Shown: positions 12,843-22,283, counted from the stretch's first letter. The stretch: 24,000 nucleotides of DNA from Prevotellamassilia timonensis (GCA_963589615.1 CAVALA010000001.1:132951-156950); one strand, 5' to 3'. Numbers and translations are program-made. Notes: a model not told the origin generated them from the sequence alone.

Positions 12843-12972
12843 GAACGGTTCTTAATTGAGAAACGGCTACAGAGTCGGTTATATTCGACACTAACAACCA
12901 AATAAAGAACTGCTTTAAACAGGAAGTGTCAAAATGCTGCAGTCCAAATAATTCACAAGTGTATAGAATTTA

Positions 12973-13530
12973 CTATTTCGGTGCTTTCACCTTATAGCCG
13001 CAGTTAAACTTCCCTTTGAGAAGCGCATTGAGTTTACTGCGTACCATCTGTTTACGCAACGGAGAGATTCGATCAATGAACATATGACCGTCAAGATGAT
13101 CAAACTCGTGCTGCATAACACGCGCGAGGTAACCGTCTACCCATTCGTAGTGTTCATTGAAATCTTGGTCCAAATAGGTCACGTGAATGCGTTTAGGACG
13201 ACGAACCGGCTCACGTATGCCCGGAAGGCTCAAACAACCTTCATCAAGGAGTTCCGTTTCGCTATCGTCAAACTCAACAATATGCGGGTTGATATATGCT
13301 TCGTTGAAATCGGCGTATTCAGGAAATTCTTCCTTTAAACAGTCAAGCGTGATAACTACAACACGGATGGCTTTACCTATCTGTGGTGCTGCAAGCCCTA
13401 CGCCATCACTATGATACATGGTTTCAAACATGTTCTCAATGAGTGTTTTCAACTCAGGGTAGTCGGGAGTTATGTCTTCTGCTTCTTTACGGAGTACTGG
13501 CATTCCGTAAGTATAAATGGGGAGAATCAT
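12973..13530 (-). CDS. def: Peptide deformylase
   Basis: The three signature motifs are present: [13 protein letters not shown] and HEFDHL. Confidence 0.95.
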   Translation of the reverse strand: MILPIYTYGMPVLRKEAEDITPDYPELKTLIENMFETMYHSDGVGLAAPQIGKAIRVVVITLDCLKEEFPEYADFNEAYINPHIVEFDDSETELLDEGCLSLPGIREPVRRPKRIHVTYLDQDFNEHYEWVDGYLARVMQHEFDHLDGHMFIDRISPLRKQMVRSKLNALLKGKFNCGYKVKAPK

Positions 13531-13653
13531 ATATTATTGCGTTTATTTAATGTTTTACTTTTAACTTGTTGAGTCCTAACTTATTGCAGACTTACAAGCT
13601 TTAAAGAGTAAGCGTAAGAATGTTTGGCATAACCTTTCGAAACTCGCAAGAAA

Positions 13654-14070
13654 CTACTTTTGGCTTTCCATCCAACTTTGAAGAATGATGCAGGCACTAA
13701 TTTCATCAACAAGCCCTTTGTCTTGCTGGCGGCGTTTCTTTCCAATTCCAGAATTAAGGATAACCTGATGAGCTAAAACCGAAGTAAAGCGCTCGTCGTA
13801 AAGTTCTATGGATTTATCGGGAAAGCGGTTCTTGAATTTCTCCATGAAAGCAAGCACACGTTGCTGATTCTCCGAAGGTTGTCCATTTGGTTGGCTCGGT
13901 AAACCGAGCACCACACGTTCTACATCTTCGCGGGAAAAATAATCTGCAAGATAACTAATCAGCGTAGGCGTTTCAACCGTTGCCAACCCATTGGCAATGA
14001 TCTGTGCAGGGTCTGTCACTGCTATACCCGTGCGTTTTTTACCATAATCTATTGAAAGTATCCGTGGCAT
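13654..14070 (-). CDS. ruvX: Putative pre-16S rRNA nuclease / Holliday junction resolvase-like YqgF
   Basis: The N-terminal MPRILSIDYGKKRTGIAV is the family signature. I place the start at the ATG at 14070 (138 aa) rather than the track start at 14148. Confidence 0.9.
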   Translation of the reverse strand: MPRILSIDYGKKRTGIAVTDPAQIIANGLATVETPTLISYLADYFSREDVERVVLGLPSQPNGQPSENQQRVLAFMEKFKNRFPDKSIELYDERFTSVLAHQVILNSGIGKKRRQQDKGLVDEISACIILQSWMESQK

Positions 14071-14141
14071 AAAGTAAATCTTGAACGCAGCATTTGCTAC
14101 AAACTTCAAAAGCGCAATCTCTAGAATGGATTTATTTGAAA

Positions 14142-14190
14142 AAGGCACGACAATCGTTGCCGGGGAAATGACAATAATATGCCGTGCCTT
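14142..14190 (-). terminator. Hairpin after serS (8-bp stem, large loop, flanking T-runs on both strands)
   Basis: AAGGCACG ... CGTGCCTT. The minus strand continues TTTTTCAAA and the plus strand continues GTTTTTC. It lies 26 nt past the serS stop. The large loop weakens the call. Confidence 0.4.
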
Positions 14191-14215
14191 GTTTTTCTGT
14201 GCAAGCAGTAAAGGA

Positions 14216-15490
14216 TTACTTTATCATGTCGCAACCCATGTAGGGCTGAAGCGCCTTTGGAATGCGTATGCCATCGGGAGTTTGGAAATCTTCAAGAAGA
14301 GCAGCTACGATGCGCGGCAAAGCGAGAGCGGAACCGTTGAGTGTATGACAAAGTTGTATCTTCTTGTCAGCACCGCGGTAACGACACTGCAAACGATTTG
14401 CTTGATAAGTATCAAAGTTCGACACCGAGCTAACCTCAAGCCAACGCTTCTGGGCTTCGCTGTAGACCTCAAAGTCGTAACATACAGCCGCTGTAAAACT
14501 GATGTCGCCACCACAAAGACGAAGAATGCGGTAGGGAAGCTCAAGTTTCTTCAACAGACCCTCTACATGGTCCAACATTTCTTGATGCGACTCTGCTGAG
14601 TGTTCGGGCTTGTCGATGCGAACAATCTCAATCTTTGAGAATTCGTGCAGACGATTCAGTCCACGCACATCCTTTCCATAACTTCCAGCTTCACGACGGA
14701 AGCACTGCGTGTAAGCACAGTTCTTTATGGGTAACTGATCCTCCGAAAGAATCACATCGCGATAGATGTTCGTCACGGGCACCTCAGCCGTAGGGATAAG
14801 ATAGAGATCGTCCTCGTTGCAGTGATACATCTGGCCTTCCTTATCAGGAAGCTGACCTGTACCATAGCCAGAAGCCTGGTTTACAACTGTCGGAGGCATA
14901 ATTTCAGTATAACCTGCCGCACGAGCTTCATCGAGGAAGAAATTAATGAGTGCACGTTGCAGGCGTGCACCTTGTCCTATATACACAGGGAAGCCTGCAC
15001 CTGTTATCTTTACACCGAGGTCAAAATCGATGAGGTTATATTTCCTTGCAAGTTCCCAATGAGGAAGCGGATTTTCAGGAAGTACAGTATCATGTCCACC
15101 TGTTTTTACAACGAGGTTGTCCTCTGCACCATTTCCTTCAGGAACGATGTCGTAAGGTACGTTAGGAATGGTGTAAAGCACCAACTTCTTGTCTTCTTCA
15201 GCTTGCTTCTTCACCTCCTCAAGCTCTTTGCTCTTTGCCTTAATATCAGAAACTTCCTGCTTGGCAGACTCGGCTTCTTCTTTCTTACCTTCTTTCATAA
15301 GGCCGGCGATGCTCTTCGAAAGGACCTTCACTCGATTGTTAAGGGAGTCGAGTTCTGCTTGGGCTTCCTTACGCTTGTTATCTAATGCTAGCACGCGTTC
15401 AATGGCTTCGCGCGCACCGCTAAAGTGCTTCTTTTCGAGGCCGCGAATGACGGCCTCCTTGTCTTCGAGGATTTGTTTGATAGTCAGCAT
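14216..15490 (-). CDS. serS: Seryl-tRNA synthetase
   Basis: 424-aa ORF with an N-terminal coiled-coil arm and class II motifs (FRREAGSYGKDVRGLNRLHEF, GSALALPR). Confidence 0.97.
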   Translation of the reverse strand: MLTIKQILEDKEAVIRGLEKKHFSGAREAIERVLALDNKRKEAQAELDSLNNRVKVLSKSIAGLMKEGKKEEAESAKQEVSDIKAKSKELEEVKKQAEEDKKLVLYTIPNVPYDIVPEGNGAEDNLVVKTGGHDTVLPENPLPHWELARKYNLIDFDLGVKITGAGFPVYIGQGARLQRALINFFLDEARAAGYTEIMPPTVVNQASGYGTGQLPDKEGQMYHCNEDDLYLIPTAEVPVTNIYRDVILSEDQLPIKNCAYTQCFRREAGSYGKDVRGLNRLHEFSKIEIVRIDKPEHSAESHQEMLDHVEGLLKKLELPYRILRLCGGDISFTAAVCYDFEVYSEAQKRWLEVSSVSNFDTYQANRLQCRYRGADKKIQLCHTLNGSALALPRIVAALLEDFQTPDGIRIPKALQPYMGCDMIK

Positions 15491-15518
15491 TGCTATTACT
15501 ATTTTGATTTATTGAGAG

Positions 15519-15526
15519 CAAAAGTA
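15519..15526 (-). promoter_or_regulatory. Candidate -7 promoter element (TACTTTTG) upstream of serS
   Basis: Exact TAnnTTTG match on the minus strand, 29 nt upstream of the serS ATG at 15490. Confidence 0.4.
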
Positions 15527-16170
15527 CTCAATTTTTCGGAAATCGTCCATCCACATGCGAAACTTTTGACCGCACGAACAAATTCACGCTTCCTTTCTTT
15601 CACGAACTACACATATCAGTCCTAATAAAGCAACACACGAAAACACTCTAATGTAAAATAATGCAAACAAAAAGCCACTCTTTTCGCCGCGAGAATCGCG
15701 TAAAAGCGACCGAACATACATTTGCTTTGATACAGACGAACCACGCCGGACGCAGAAATCTATGATTTCAGCACAATACACAGAATAATAAAACCATTAT
15801 CAGGATTGATCGAAAAACAGGCTCATTCTTAGCGATTTCTCCTCCATTCATAATAGAAAGAACAAGGCTTCTAGGAAAAACTCCAAGGCACGCCGTAAAA
15901 AATGCATGCCTTAGAATTTCTACGAGACGCCTTTGAGTGAGCAATCTCACCCTTATACGCGGATTTTCAGAGTCTATTTCACGGTCTTTAAAGCGATATT
16001 CTCCATTAATATCTATTTACATTGTTAGCCAATTATACCTTCATACACTCACATTTATTACGAATCGCACAACCCTCATGATCCAAGCTACGAAAACCAA
16101 ACCTTTACTATTCAAACATCAAGATGGACAAAAACTTGGCAAATCGTTTCAATTATCGTGCGTCAAGCAC

Positions 16171-16178
16171 TATCTTTG
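16171..16178 (+). promoter_or_regulatory. Candidate -7 promoter element (TATCTTTG) upstream of the TPM/LemA genes
   Basis: Exact TAnnTTTG match on the plus strand, 56 nt upstream of the ATG at 16234. The only -33-like element nearby is GTTTC at 16146-16150. Confidence 0.4.
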
Positions 16179-16233
16179 CAAGTGAAATAAAAGGATATAT
16201 CCTCTCGGATAGACGTCTGAAAAGCTAAACCAT

Positions 16234-17145
16234 ATGGGTCACATCAAAGCCACATTACTCACAATATGCCTACTGGCAAGCCTATCGCTTTATGCAACCA
16301 AATGGTCAGCACAAACGTTGCCAATGCCTTATTTGCAAGACGAGCGAAAGCACGTATGCAACCCAGATCAAGTAATTTCGCTTGCCGCCGAAGATTCCAT
16401 CAACACAAGACTTTATGCCCTTGAGCACGAAAAAGGGATTCAAGCCATTTTCGTTGCAGTTGAACACATTGAGGGTGATGACCCTTATACGTTCGGTATG
16501 GAACTAGGTAAGAAATACGGCATAGGCTCGAAAGATAATACGGGACTAATTGTCATACTTGCATCAAAGGACCGCAGTTATTATATACTCACAGGAAACG
16601 GACTTGAGGGAACACTCCCCGATGCCATTTGCCGAAGGATAGAAAACCGCACCATGGTACCGTTGCTCCAAGAAGGAAGATGGAGCGAGGCTATGGTTGA
16701 GACAGCAAGGGATATAGACCGCTACATCCGAAAAGACCCAACGCTGTTCAACAACGTTGATGAAGAAGACGACGGGGCAGCGGAACTGAGTTTCGTAGCT
16801 CTAGCATTTGTCTTAACAATAGGTATCGGAAGTTTTGCTTTCACTCGTTATAAAAGACGCAAACGGTGCCCACAATGCGGACACTACCCAATGAAGAACC
16901 TCAGCAGGAAGCGCGTTCGCAACATGGCCACAAACAGTTCCTATATAAAAGTGGAGCGACAATGCCCGAGGTGCGGATTCAAAAAGACCGATTTTGAAGA
17001 CGAAGCACAAAACCAGAATAACGCCGGTGGACTTTTCCCACCACCTTTCATTGGAGGCACGGGGCATAGTAGTGGTAGTTCTTTTGGCGGAGGCAGTTTC
17101 GGCGGCGGTAGTTTCGGTGGAGGCGGAAGCGGCGGCCGTTTTTAG
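16234..17145 (+). CDS. TPM (TLP18.3/Psb32/MOLO-1, YgcG-like) domain protein with TM helix, C4 zinc ribbon and Gly-rich tail
   Basis: It has a signal peptide, then a TPM-like core (GIQAIFVAV...GIGSKDNTGLIVILASKDRSYYILTGNGLEG) and a TM helix (aa 185-203). Next come CPQC...CPRC (aa 212-247, nt 16867-16974) and a GGGSFGGGSFGGGGSGG tail (nt 17026-17142). Confidence 0.8.
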   Translation: MGHIKATLLTICLLASLSLYATKWSAQTLPMPYLQDERKHVCNPDQVISLAAEDSINTRLYALEHEKGIQAIFVAVEHIEGDDPYTFGMELGKKYGIGSKDNTGLIVILASKDRSYYILTGNGLEGTLPDAICRRIENRTMVPLLQEGRWSEAMVETARDIDRYIRKDPTLFNNVDEEDDGAAELSFVALAFVLTIGIGSFAFTRYKRRKRCPQCGHYPMKNLSRKRVRNMATNSSYIKVERQCPRCGFKKTDFEDEAQNQNNAGGLFPPPFIGGTGHSSGSSFGGGSFGGGSFGGGGSGGRF

Positions 17146-17279
17146 AAATACGCTCAATTATTGCCATTTCCGTCTCTGTTGTGTTTCGGTTTGACTGACA
17201 CAACAATGAACGCAATAAAGTATCTCTTCTTCCTCTAGCATTCCATAAAAAATAGCATACACACTACAATAGATAAAAT

Positions 17280-17879
17280 ATGGCTCTACTCAAACGAAAC
17301 CAAACCATTTTAATAGGCCTTGGCATCGTGGTGCTCATCGTAGCGTTTTTCACGTTCCACTCCTACAACCTTCTCGTAGCCAAAGATGAGGCTGTTGCTA
17401 CGGCTTGGGGTAACGTGCAGACGCAATACCAACGACGTGCCGACCTCATCCCCAACCTCGTCAATACAGTGAAGGGGTATGCAAAACATGAGAACGGAAC
17501 TCTTAAGGAAGTTGTAGAAGCACGTGCAAAAGCCACGCAGATTAAGGTAGAAGCCGACGGCCTAACCCCCGAAAAGCTCAAACAAATACAAGCTGTGCAA
17601 GGTGAACTCTCTCAAGCCCTCGGCCGATTGCTCGCTGTCACAGAATCGTATCCCGAACTGAAGGCTAACGAAAACTTCTCTGAGCTTCAGGCTCAACTCG
17701 AAGGAACAGAGAACCGTATCAACGAGAGCCGCAGACTTTTCAACGAGTCCGTAAAGGATTACAACGTGTCGGTACGTTCGTTTCCCAAAAACATCGTAGC
17801 AGGCATGTTCGGCTTTGAGAAGAAATCGCAGTTTGAAGCCGAAGCTGGAGCTGAAAAAGCGCCAAGCGTAGAATTTTAA
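17280..17879 (+). CDS. lemA: LemA family protein
   Basis: It has an N-terminal TM helix followed by the highly characteristic YN.LV..DE.V..AWGNVQTQYQRRADLIPNLVNTVKGYAKHE. Confidence 0.92.
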   Translation: MALLKRNQTILIGLGIVVLIVAFFTFHSYNLLVAKDEAVATAWGNVQTQYQRRADLIPNLVNTVKGYAKHENGTLKEVVEARAKATQIKVEADGLTPEKLKQIQAVQGELSQALGRLLAVTESYPELKANENFSELQAQLEGTENRINESRRLFNESVKDYNVSVRSFPKNIVAGMFGFEKKSQFEAEAGAEKAPSVEF

Positions 17880-17955
17880 TGAACAAATATGCAGGACTGG
17901 TGCCCAACACCTATTCCGTTAATATACGATAAACCCAACACAGCCAACCACAACA

Positions 17956-19125
17956 ATGGACAGCAACCAACGTTATATGATGCGCGGTGTATCCGCCATG
18001 AAAGAGGACGTTCACAACGCCATCAAGAACATCGATAAGGGTATTTTCCCGCAAGCATTCTGCAAGATTATCCCAGACATTTTGGGAGGCGATCCCGAAT
18101 ACTGCAACATCATGCATGCCGATGGCGCAGGCACAAAGTCAAGCCTCGCCTACATGTATTGGAAAGAGACTGGCGACCTCTCCGTTTGGAAAGGTATAGC
18201 ACAGGACGCACTCATCATGAACACAGACGACCTTCTTTGTGTAGGTGCCGTAGACAACATCCTCGTCAGCTCCACCATAGGCCGCAACAAGATGCTTATT
18301 CCCGGTGAAGTAATTTCTGCCATCATCAACGGAACGGACGAACTGCTCCAGCAAATGCGCGAAATGGGCGTAGGCATCTACGCAACAGGCGGTGAAACGG
18401 CCGATGTAGGCGACCTCGTTCGCACCATCATCGTAGACTCCACCGTAACTTGCCGAATGAAACGCTCCGACGTCATCAACAATGCCAACATTCGCCCGGG
18501 TGACGTCATCGTAGGTCTTTCATCTTGCGGACAAGCCACCTACGAGAAGGAATACAACGGCGGAATGGGTTCAAACGGTCTGACGTCCGCACGCCACGAC
18601 GTGTTTGCCAAATACCTCGCAGAGAAATATCCCGAGAGCTACGACCACGCAGTACCTGAAGAACTTGTCTACAGCGGCGGTTACAAGTTGACCGATGCCG
18701 TAGAAGGTTCGCCCATCAACGCAGGAAAACTCGTACTCTCCCCCACCCGCACCTATGCACCTGTGGTGAAGAAACTACTCGATGCGATGCGAAGCGAAAT
18801 ACATGGTATGGTACACTGCACCGGCGGTGCACAGACCAAGGTGCTCCACTTCGTGGGCGACAACTGCCGTGTGATAAAGGACAACATGTTCCCCGTACCT
18901 CCCCTCTTCCGTGCCATCGCCGAGCAGAGCGGCACGGACTGGGCAGAGATGTACAAAGTGTTCAACATGGGTCACCGTCTCGAAGTCTACGTATCGCCCG
19001 AAATGGCAGAACAAGTCATTACGATAAGCAAGAGTTTCAACATCGATGCACAAATAGTAGGCCACATAGAAGAAGGTCCGCGCTCATTGACGATAAAGAG
19101 CGAGTTCGGCGAATTCAACTATTGA
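17956..19125 (+). CDS. purM: AIR synthase-related protein (Bacteroidetes-type phosphoribosylformylglycinamidine cyclo-ligase, PurM-like)
   Basis: 389-aa ORF. HADGAGTKS corresponds to the PurM DGVGTK motif. The length and N-terminus (MDSNQRYMMRGVSA..KEDVH) match the long Bacteroidales form as I recall it. Confidence 0.8.
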   Translation: MDSNQRYMMRGVSAMKEDVHNAIKNIDKGIFPQAFCKIIPDILGGDPEYCNIMHADGAGTKSSLAYMYWKETGDLSVWKGIAQDALIMNTDDLLCVGAVDNILVSSTIGRNKMLIPGEVISAIINGTDELLQQMREMGVGIYATGGETADVGDLVRTIIVDSTVTCRMKRSDVINNANIRPGDVIVGLSSCGQATYEKEYNGGMGSNGLTSARHDVFAKYLAEKYPESYDHAVPEELVYSGGYKLTDAVEGSPINAGKLVLSPTRTYAPVVKKLLDAMRSEIHGMVHCTGGAQTKVLHFVGDNCRVIKDNMFPVPPLFRAIAEQSGTDWAEMYKVFNMGHRLEVYVSPEMAEQVITISKSFNIDAQIVGHIEEGPRSLTIKSEFGEFNY

Positions 19126-19180
19126 TACAAAGCGATAAGAAGAACTCCACAAACCACAACATACGAAACATCTCATCCCG

Positions 19181-19393
19181 ATGACCAGACGAAAGACATT
19201 TGAAGCCATATATATGACCGCGTGCATGCTCTGCCTCGGTTTCCTTCTCGGATTTGAGTATCAGGAATTGGTCAACAAAGAGGCGGGATTCGTACGATGG
19301 GCGGGAGGCATCCTCGCCGTCATCGGTTGGTGCTGCATCCTATGGAAAGCAGCATTCCGACTTTTCCGTCCATCCAAAAGAAAAAGACAATAA
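19181..19393 (+). CDS. Small hypothetical membrane protein (two predicted TM helices, basic C-terminus)
   Basis: 70-aa ORF ending 7 nt before prfA. It has two hydrophobic stretches (ACMLCLGFLLGF, ILAVIGWCCILW) and a KRKRQ tail. No family was recognised, so it could be spurious. Confidence 0.4.
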   Translation: MTRRKTFEAIYMTACMLCLGFLLGFEYQELVNKEAGFVRWAGGILAVIGWCCILWKAAFRLFRPSKRKRQ

Positions 19394-19399
19394 CCAGAA

Positions 19400-20512
19400 A
19401 TGGCTGAAAACAACACACTGCTTGAGAAACTGAACGGCCTCGTTTCACGTTTTGAAGAAGTTAGTACACTCATCACCGACCCTTCCGTCATAGCCGACCA
19501 GCAACGTTACGTTCGCCTCACGCGCGAATATAAGGAGCTAGAGAATCTTATGGCAGCGCGAAAGGAATATGCTTCGCTCATCAGCAACCTCGAAGAAAGC
19601 AAAAACATACTCCTCAACGAGTCTGACCCAGAACTCAAGGAAATGGCCCGCGAAGAAGTTGCGGCATGCGAGAAGTCCATTCCTGGAATGGAAGAGCGCA
19701 TAAAACTCATGCTCGTGCCCAAAGACCCCGAAGACGCAAAAAATGCAATTCTAGAAATACGTGGCGGTACGGGAGGCGACGAAGCTGCTCTCTTTGCAGG
19801 CGACCTCTTCCGAATGTACAGCAAATACTGCGAGCGTAAAGGTTGGAAACTTGAAGTGTCAAGCGCAAGCGAAGGCGCAGCAGGCGGTTTCAAAGAAATC
19901 GTCTGCTCAGTAACGGGAGCCGACGTCTACGGCACACTCAAATACGAAAGCGGTGTACATCGTGTTCAACGCGTTCCCGCCACAGAAACGCAGGGACGTG
20001 TGCACACATCTGCCGCAACCGTTGCAGTTCTCCCCGAAGCGGAAGCCTTTGATGTGGTTATCAACGAAGGCGAGATAAAGTGGGATACGTTCCGCTCAAG
20101 CGGTGCCGGTGGACAGAACGTAAATAAAGTAGAGTCAGGAGTGCGCCTCCGCTACAATTGGAAAAATCCCAACACGGGAGTCGTGGAGGAAATACTCATT
20201 GAATGTACCGAAACGCGCGACCAGCCGAAGAACAAGGAGCGTGCTCTCGCACGTCTACGCACGTTCATCTACGACCGTGAGCACCAGAAGTACGTGGACG
20301 ACATCGCTTCGCGCCGCAAAACACTTGTGAGCACTGGCGACCGTTCAGCAAAGATACGTACTTACAATTATCCACAAGGACGCATCACAGACCACCGCAT
20401 CAACTATACCATCTATAACCTCCAAGCTTTCATGGACGGCGACATCCAAGACTGCATTGACCATCTCGTCGTAGCAGAAAATGCTGAACGCCTACGCGAA
20501 GCGGAGATGTAA
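19400..20512 (+). CDS. prfA: Peptide chain release factor 1
   Basis: It has the GGQ motif (SGAGGQNVNKVES) and the RF1-specific PAT tripeptide (RVPATETQGR). The Bacteroidetes-type insertion after the GGQ region (NWKNPNTGVVEEILIEC) is also present. Confidence 0.96.
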   Translation: MAENNTLLEKLNGLVSRFEEVSTLITDPSVIADQQRYVRLTREYKELENLMAARKEYASLISNLEESKNILLNESDPELKEMAREEVAACEKSIPGMEERIKLMLVPKDPEDAKNAILEIRGGTGGDEAALFAGDLFRMYSKYCERKGWKLEVSSASEGAAGGFKEIVCSVTGADVYGTLKYESGVHRVQRVPATETQGRVHTSAATVAVLPEAEAFDVVINEGEIKWDTFRSSGAGGQNVNKVESGVRLRYNWKNPNTGVVEEILIECTETRDQPKNKERALARLRTFIYDREHQKYVDDIASRRKTLVSTGDRSAKIRTYNYPQGRITDHRINYTIYNLQAFMDGDIQDCIDHLVVAENAERLREAEM

Positions 20513-20536
20513 CGGAGCGTCACAACAACTTACCCC

Positions 20537-20722
20537 ATGAGCGACGGAAACTACAACCGAAACCTTCTCCCCTACCATCAGTATGCAAGCGGACTAAGAG
20601 CAGGCAAAGCACAAATGCACAGCAAAACGCTTGTTGCTTTTCGTCAATGGCTTGAAGATGAAGGCTACAGCAAAGAGGATACAGAAAAAGCCTTGCTCAA
20701 GTTGCGCACGTACCTCGACTGA
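20537..20722 (+). CDS. Small hypothetical protein (61 aa)
   Basis: The ATG is 24 nt after the prfA stop. The C-terminal half (LVAFRQWLEDEGYSKEDTEKALLKLRTYL) looks like a real amphipathic helical domain. No family was recognised. Confidence 0.35.
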   Translation: MSDGNYNRNLLPYHQYASGLRAGKAQMHSKTLVAFRQWLEDEGYSKEDTEKALLKLRTYLD

Positions 20723-20776
20723 TATGCAACACGACATACAAGACATTTCTCTCCATAGCACCCCCAACATACAAAC

Positions 20777-21208
20777 TTGAAATCAATGAAAAGAATCAAC
20801 AAACTTGCAGCAACGCTCTTCTTTGCCTTCCTTGCTGTAAGTATTGGCATACAGGCACGAACTGCGGGCAGCCCCGAAAAGACTATCTATGCCTTCGGCT
20901 TCAGCACTTCCCTGACAGACTCCACCATCTATCTAACGCCAATATCCACACTACCCGGTGCATCCATCGACAAGAAAACGCACTTCCTCAACGACCGGAC
21001 GGAATATACTCATCAGCTGAAGACATTCCTCGAGAGCAAATATCCCGGTCACCAGACAAGCGTGATATTCTTCAACACTTCGCGTAAGAAACTTGAAAAT
21101 CAATATGTGAAGGTCAGACGCTCTGCCAAGAAGAACGCTGCCAACAAAGTAGTAGAGCTTGAAGGAAACACATTCAAGTTTGCAGCCGCGCCCCAAGTCA
21201 CAGAGTAA
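20777..21208 (+). CDS. Hypothetical secreted protein (signal peptide, 143 aa)
   Basis: It has an N-terminal signal-like segment (MKSMKRINKLAATLFFAFLAVSIGIQA). The mature part begins TIYAFGFSTSLTDSTIYLT, a pattern I recall from conserved Bacteroidales hypothetical proteins. The function is unknown. Confidence 0.6.
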   Translation: MKSMKRINKLAATLFFAFLAVSIGIQARTAGSPEKTIYAFGFSTSLTDSTIYLTPISTLPGASIDKKTHFLNDRTEYTHQLKTFLESKYPGHQTSVIFFNTSRKKLENQYVKVRRSAKKNAANKVVELEGNTFKFAAAPQVTE

Positions 21209-21287
21209 CATCACGAGCAATTCATCTCTGCAGTAACACGATGTACATAGATGCATCACCTTAATTTTACCAGACAACAAGTTTCCG

Positions 21288-22217
21288 ATGTCACAGTCCT
21301 TGCACTCCTCTCACAAAATAGAACTCTCCATTGCTGAAATCAATTTTACCATAACGGCATCCGACACGCAGTATATCAAAAGATTACTGCCTTCCTACGC
21401 TCCGTTCCAAAGGAAAAAGGACAATACAAGGCAGCACGCAACGGAAGAGGTGGTGGAAGTTGAAGTTAAGGACAACTTCTCCTGCAAGGAAGAACTTTTC
21501 AGTCCCGTTCATGAGTTCTTCACGATGGACATCCGCCAGAAAGTGTTCGAAAGCGAAGAAGGCAATTTGCTGTTCAAACTCTACACTGCAGACGGCGTAC
21601 ATGTTACCACGTTGGTAGCCCCAAAGAACTACGACAAATTCGAAATAGGCTTGTATGGAACCGTTGCAGGGCAGTCCTTTGGACTGAACAACGCAATGAT
21701 GCTCATCTTCACATTAGCAGGCGCAGCACGCCAAACGTTGCTGATACACTCTTCCACGGTCCACTGTAATGGACAAGCATTTTCATTTCTCGGCACAAGT
21801 GGAACAGGAAAAAGCACCCATTCAGACCTTTGGGTGAAACATATTCCAAATGCCTGCATCCTCAACGACGACAATCCCGCTCTCAAGGTGATGCCAGACC
21901 ACACGATCAGAGTGTACGGTACGCCGTGGAGCGGAAAGCGAAACTACTACATCAACGAGTCATACCCGCTTGCGGCTATAGTACGACTACATCAAGCGCC
22001 CAAGAACGAAATCAGCAAACTAAAGCCGATTATGGGATTCGTGGAACTTTGGGCGTCATGCTCCAAACTGATATGGGACCGCGAGTTTTCCAATCAAATC
22101 CGTAGTTTAGTGGAAACCATTTGCACAAACGTAAACTCTTTCTCTTTGAATTGCCTGCCTGATGCCGCAGCTGCCCAACTATGCCACGCCACAGTGACAA
22201 CCCATTTAGAAGAATAA
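21288..22217 (+). CDS. HPr kinase/phosphorylase C-terminal-domain-like P-loop protein (HprK-related kinase)
   Basis: 309-aa ORF. LLIHSSTVHCNGQAFSFLGTSGTGKSTHSDLW (Walker A at nt 21792-21818) is followed by ILNDDNP and GTPWSGK. This layout matches the catalytic domain of HprK and the HprK-related kinases of lasso-peptide clusters. The N-terminal ~150 aa were not recognised. Confidence 0.65.
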   Translation: MSQSLHSSHKIELSIAEINFTITASDTQYIKRLLPSYAPFQRKKDNTRQHATEEVVEVEVKDNFSCKEELFSPVHEFFTMDIRQKVFESEEGNLLFKLYTADGVHVTTLVAPKNYDKFEIGLYGTVAGQSFGLNNAMMLIFTLAGAARQTLLIHSSTVHCNGQAFSFLGTSGTGKSTHSDLWVKHIPNACILNDDNPALKVMPDHTIRVYGTPWSGKRNYYINESYPLAAIVRLHQAPKNEISKLKPIMGFVELWASCSKLIWDREFSNQIRSLVETICTNVNSFSLNCLPDAAAAQLCHATVTTHLEE

Positions 22218-22283
22218 GAAGCCGTGACCGCTGCGATTTCATTCCTCAATTTAATCCGGTCCTTCTTAAACACGCCGTTATAA

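Noticed and set aside
15491-16233. Replication origin (oriC), considered because this is an AT-rich ORF-free gap at a divergent strand switch.
   Set aside because: A manual scan for TTATCCACA / TGTGGATAA found only one 7-of-9 match (CCATCCACA, about 15548-15556) and no cluster of boxes. Gene orientation also switches at 2556-3003, so the orientation change is not distinctive. A proper DnaA-box and GC-skew analysis on the whole replicon would be needed to exclude it fully.
17026-17142. Tandem nucleotide repeat (GGC GGA GGC AGT TTC-type units) at the 3' end of the TPM gene.
   Set aside because: It is explained by the in-frame Gly-rich GGGSF tail typical of this protein family. It is not an independent DNA repeat element.
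17177-17205. 8-bp hairpin (TGTTGTGT ... ACACAACA) between the TPM and LemA genes, considered as a terminator.
   Set aside because: The stem is short and AT-rich, the loop is 13 nt, and there is no following T-run. The two genes are more likely co-transcribed.
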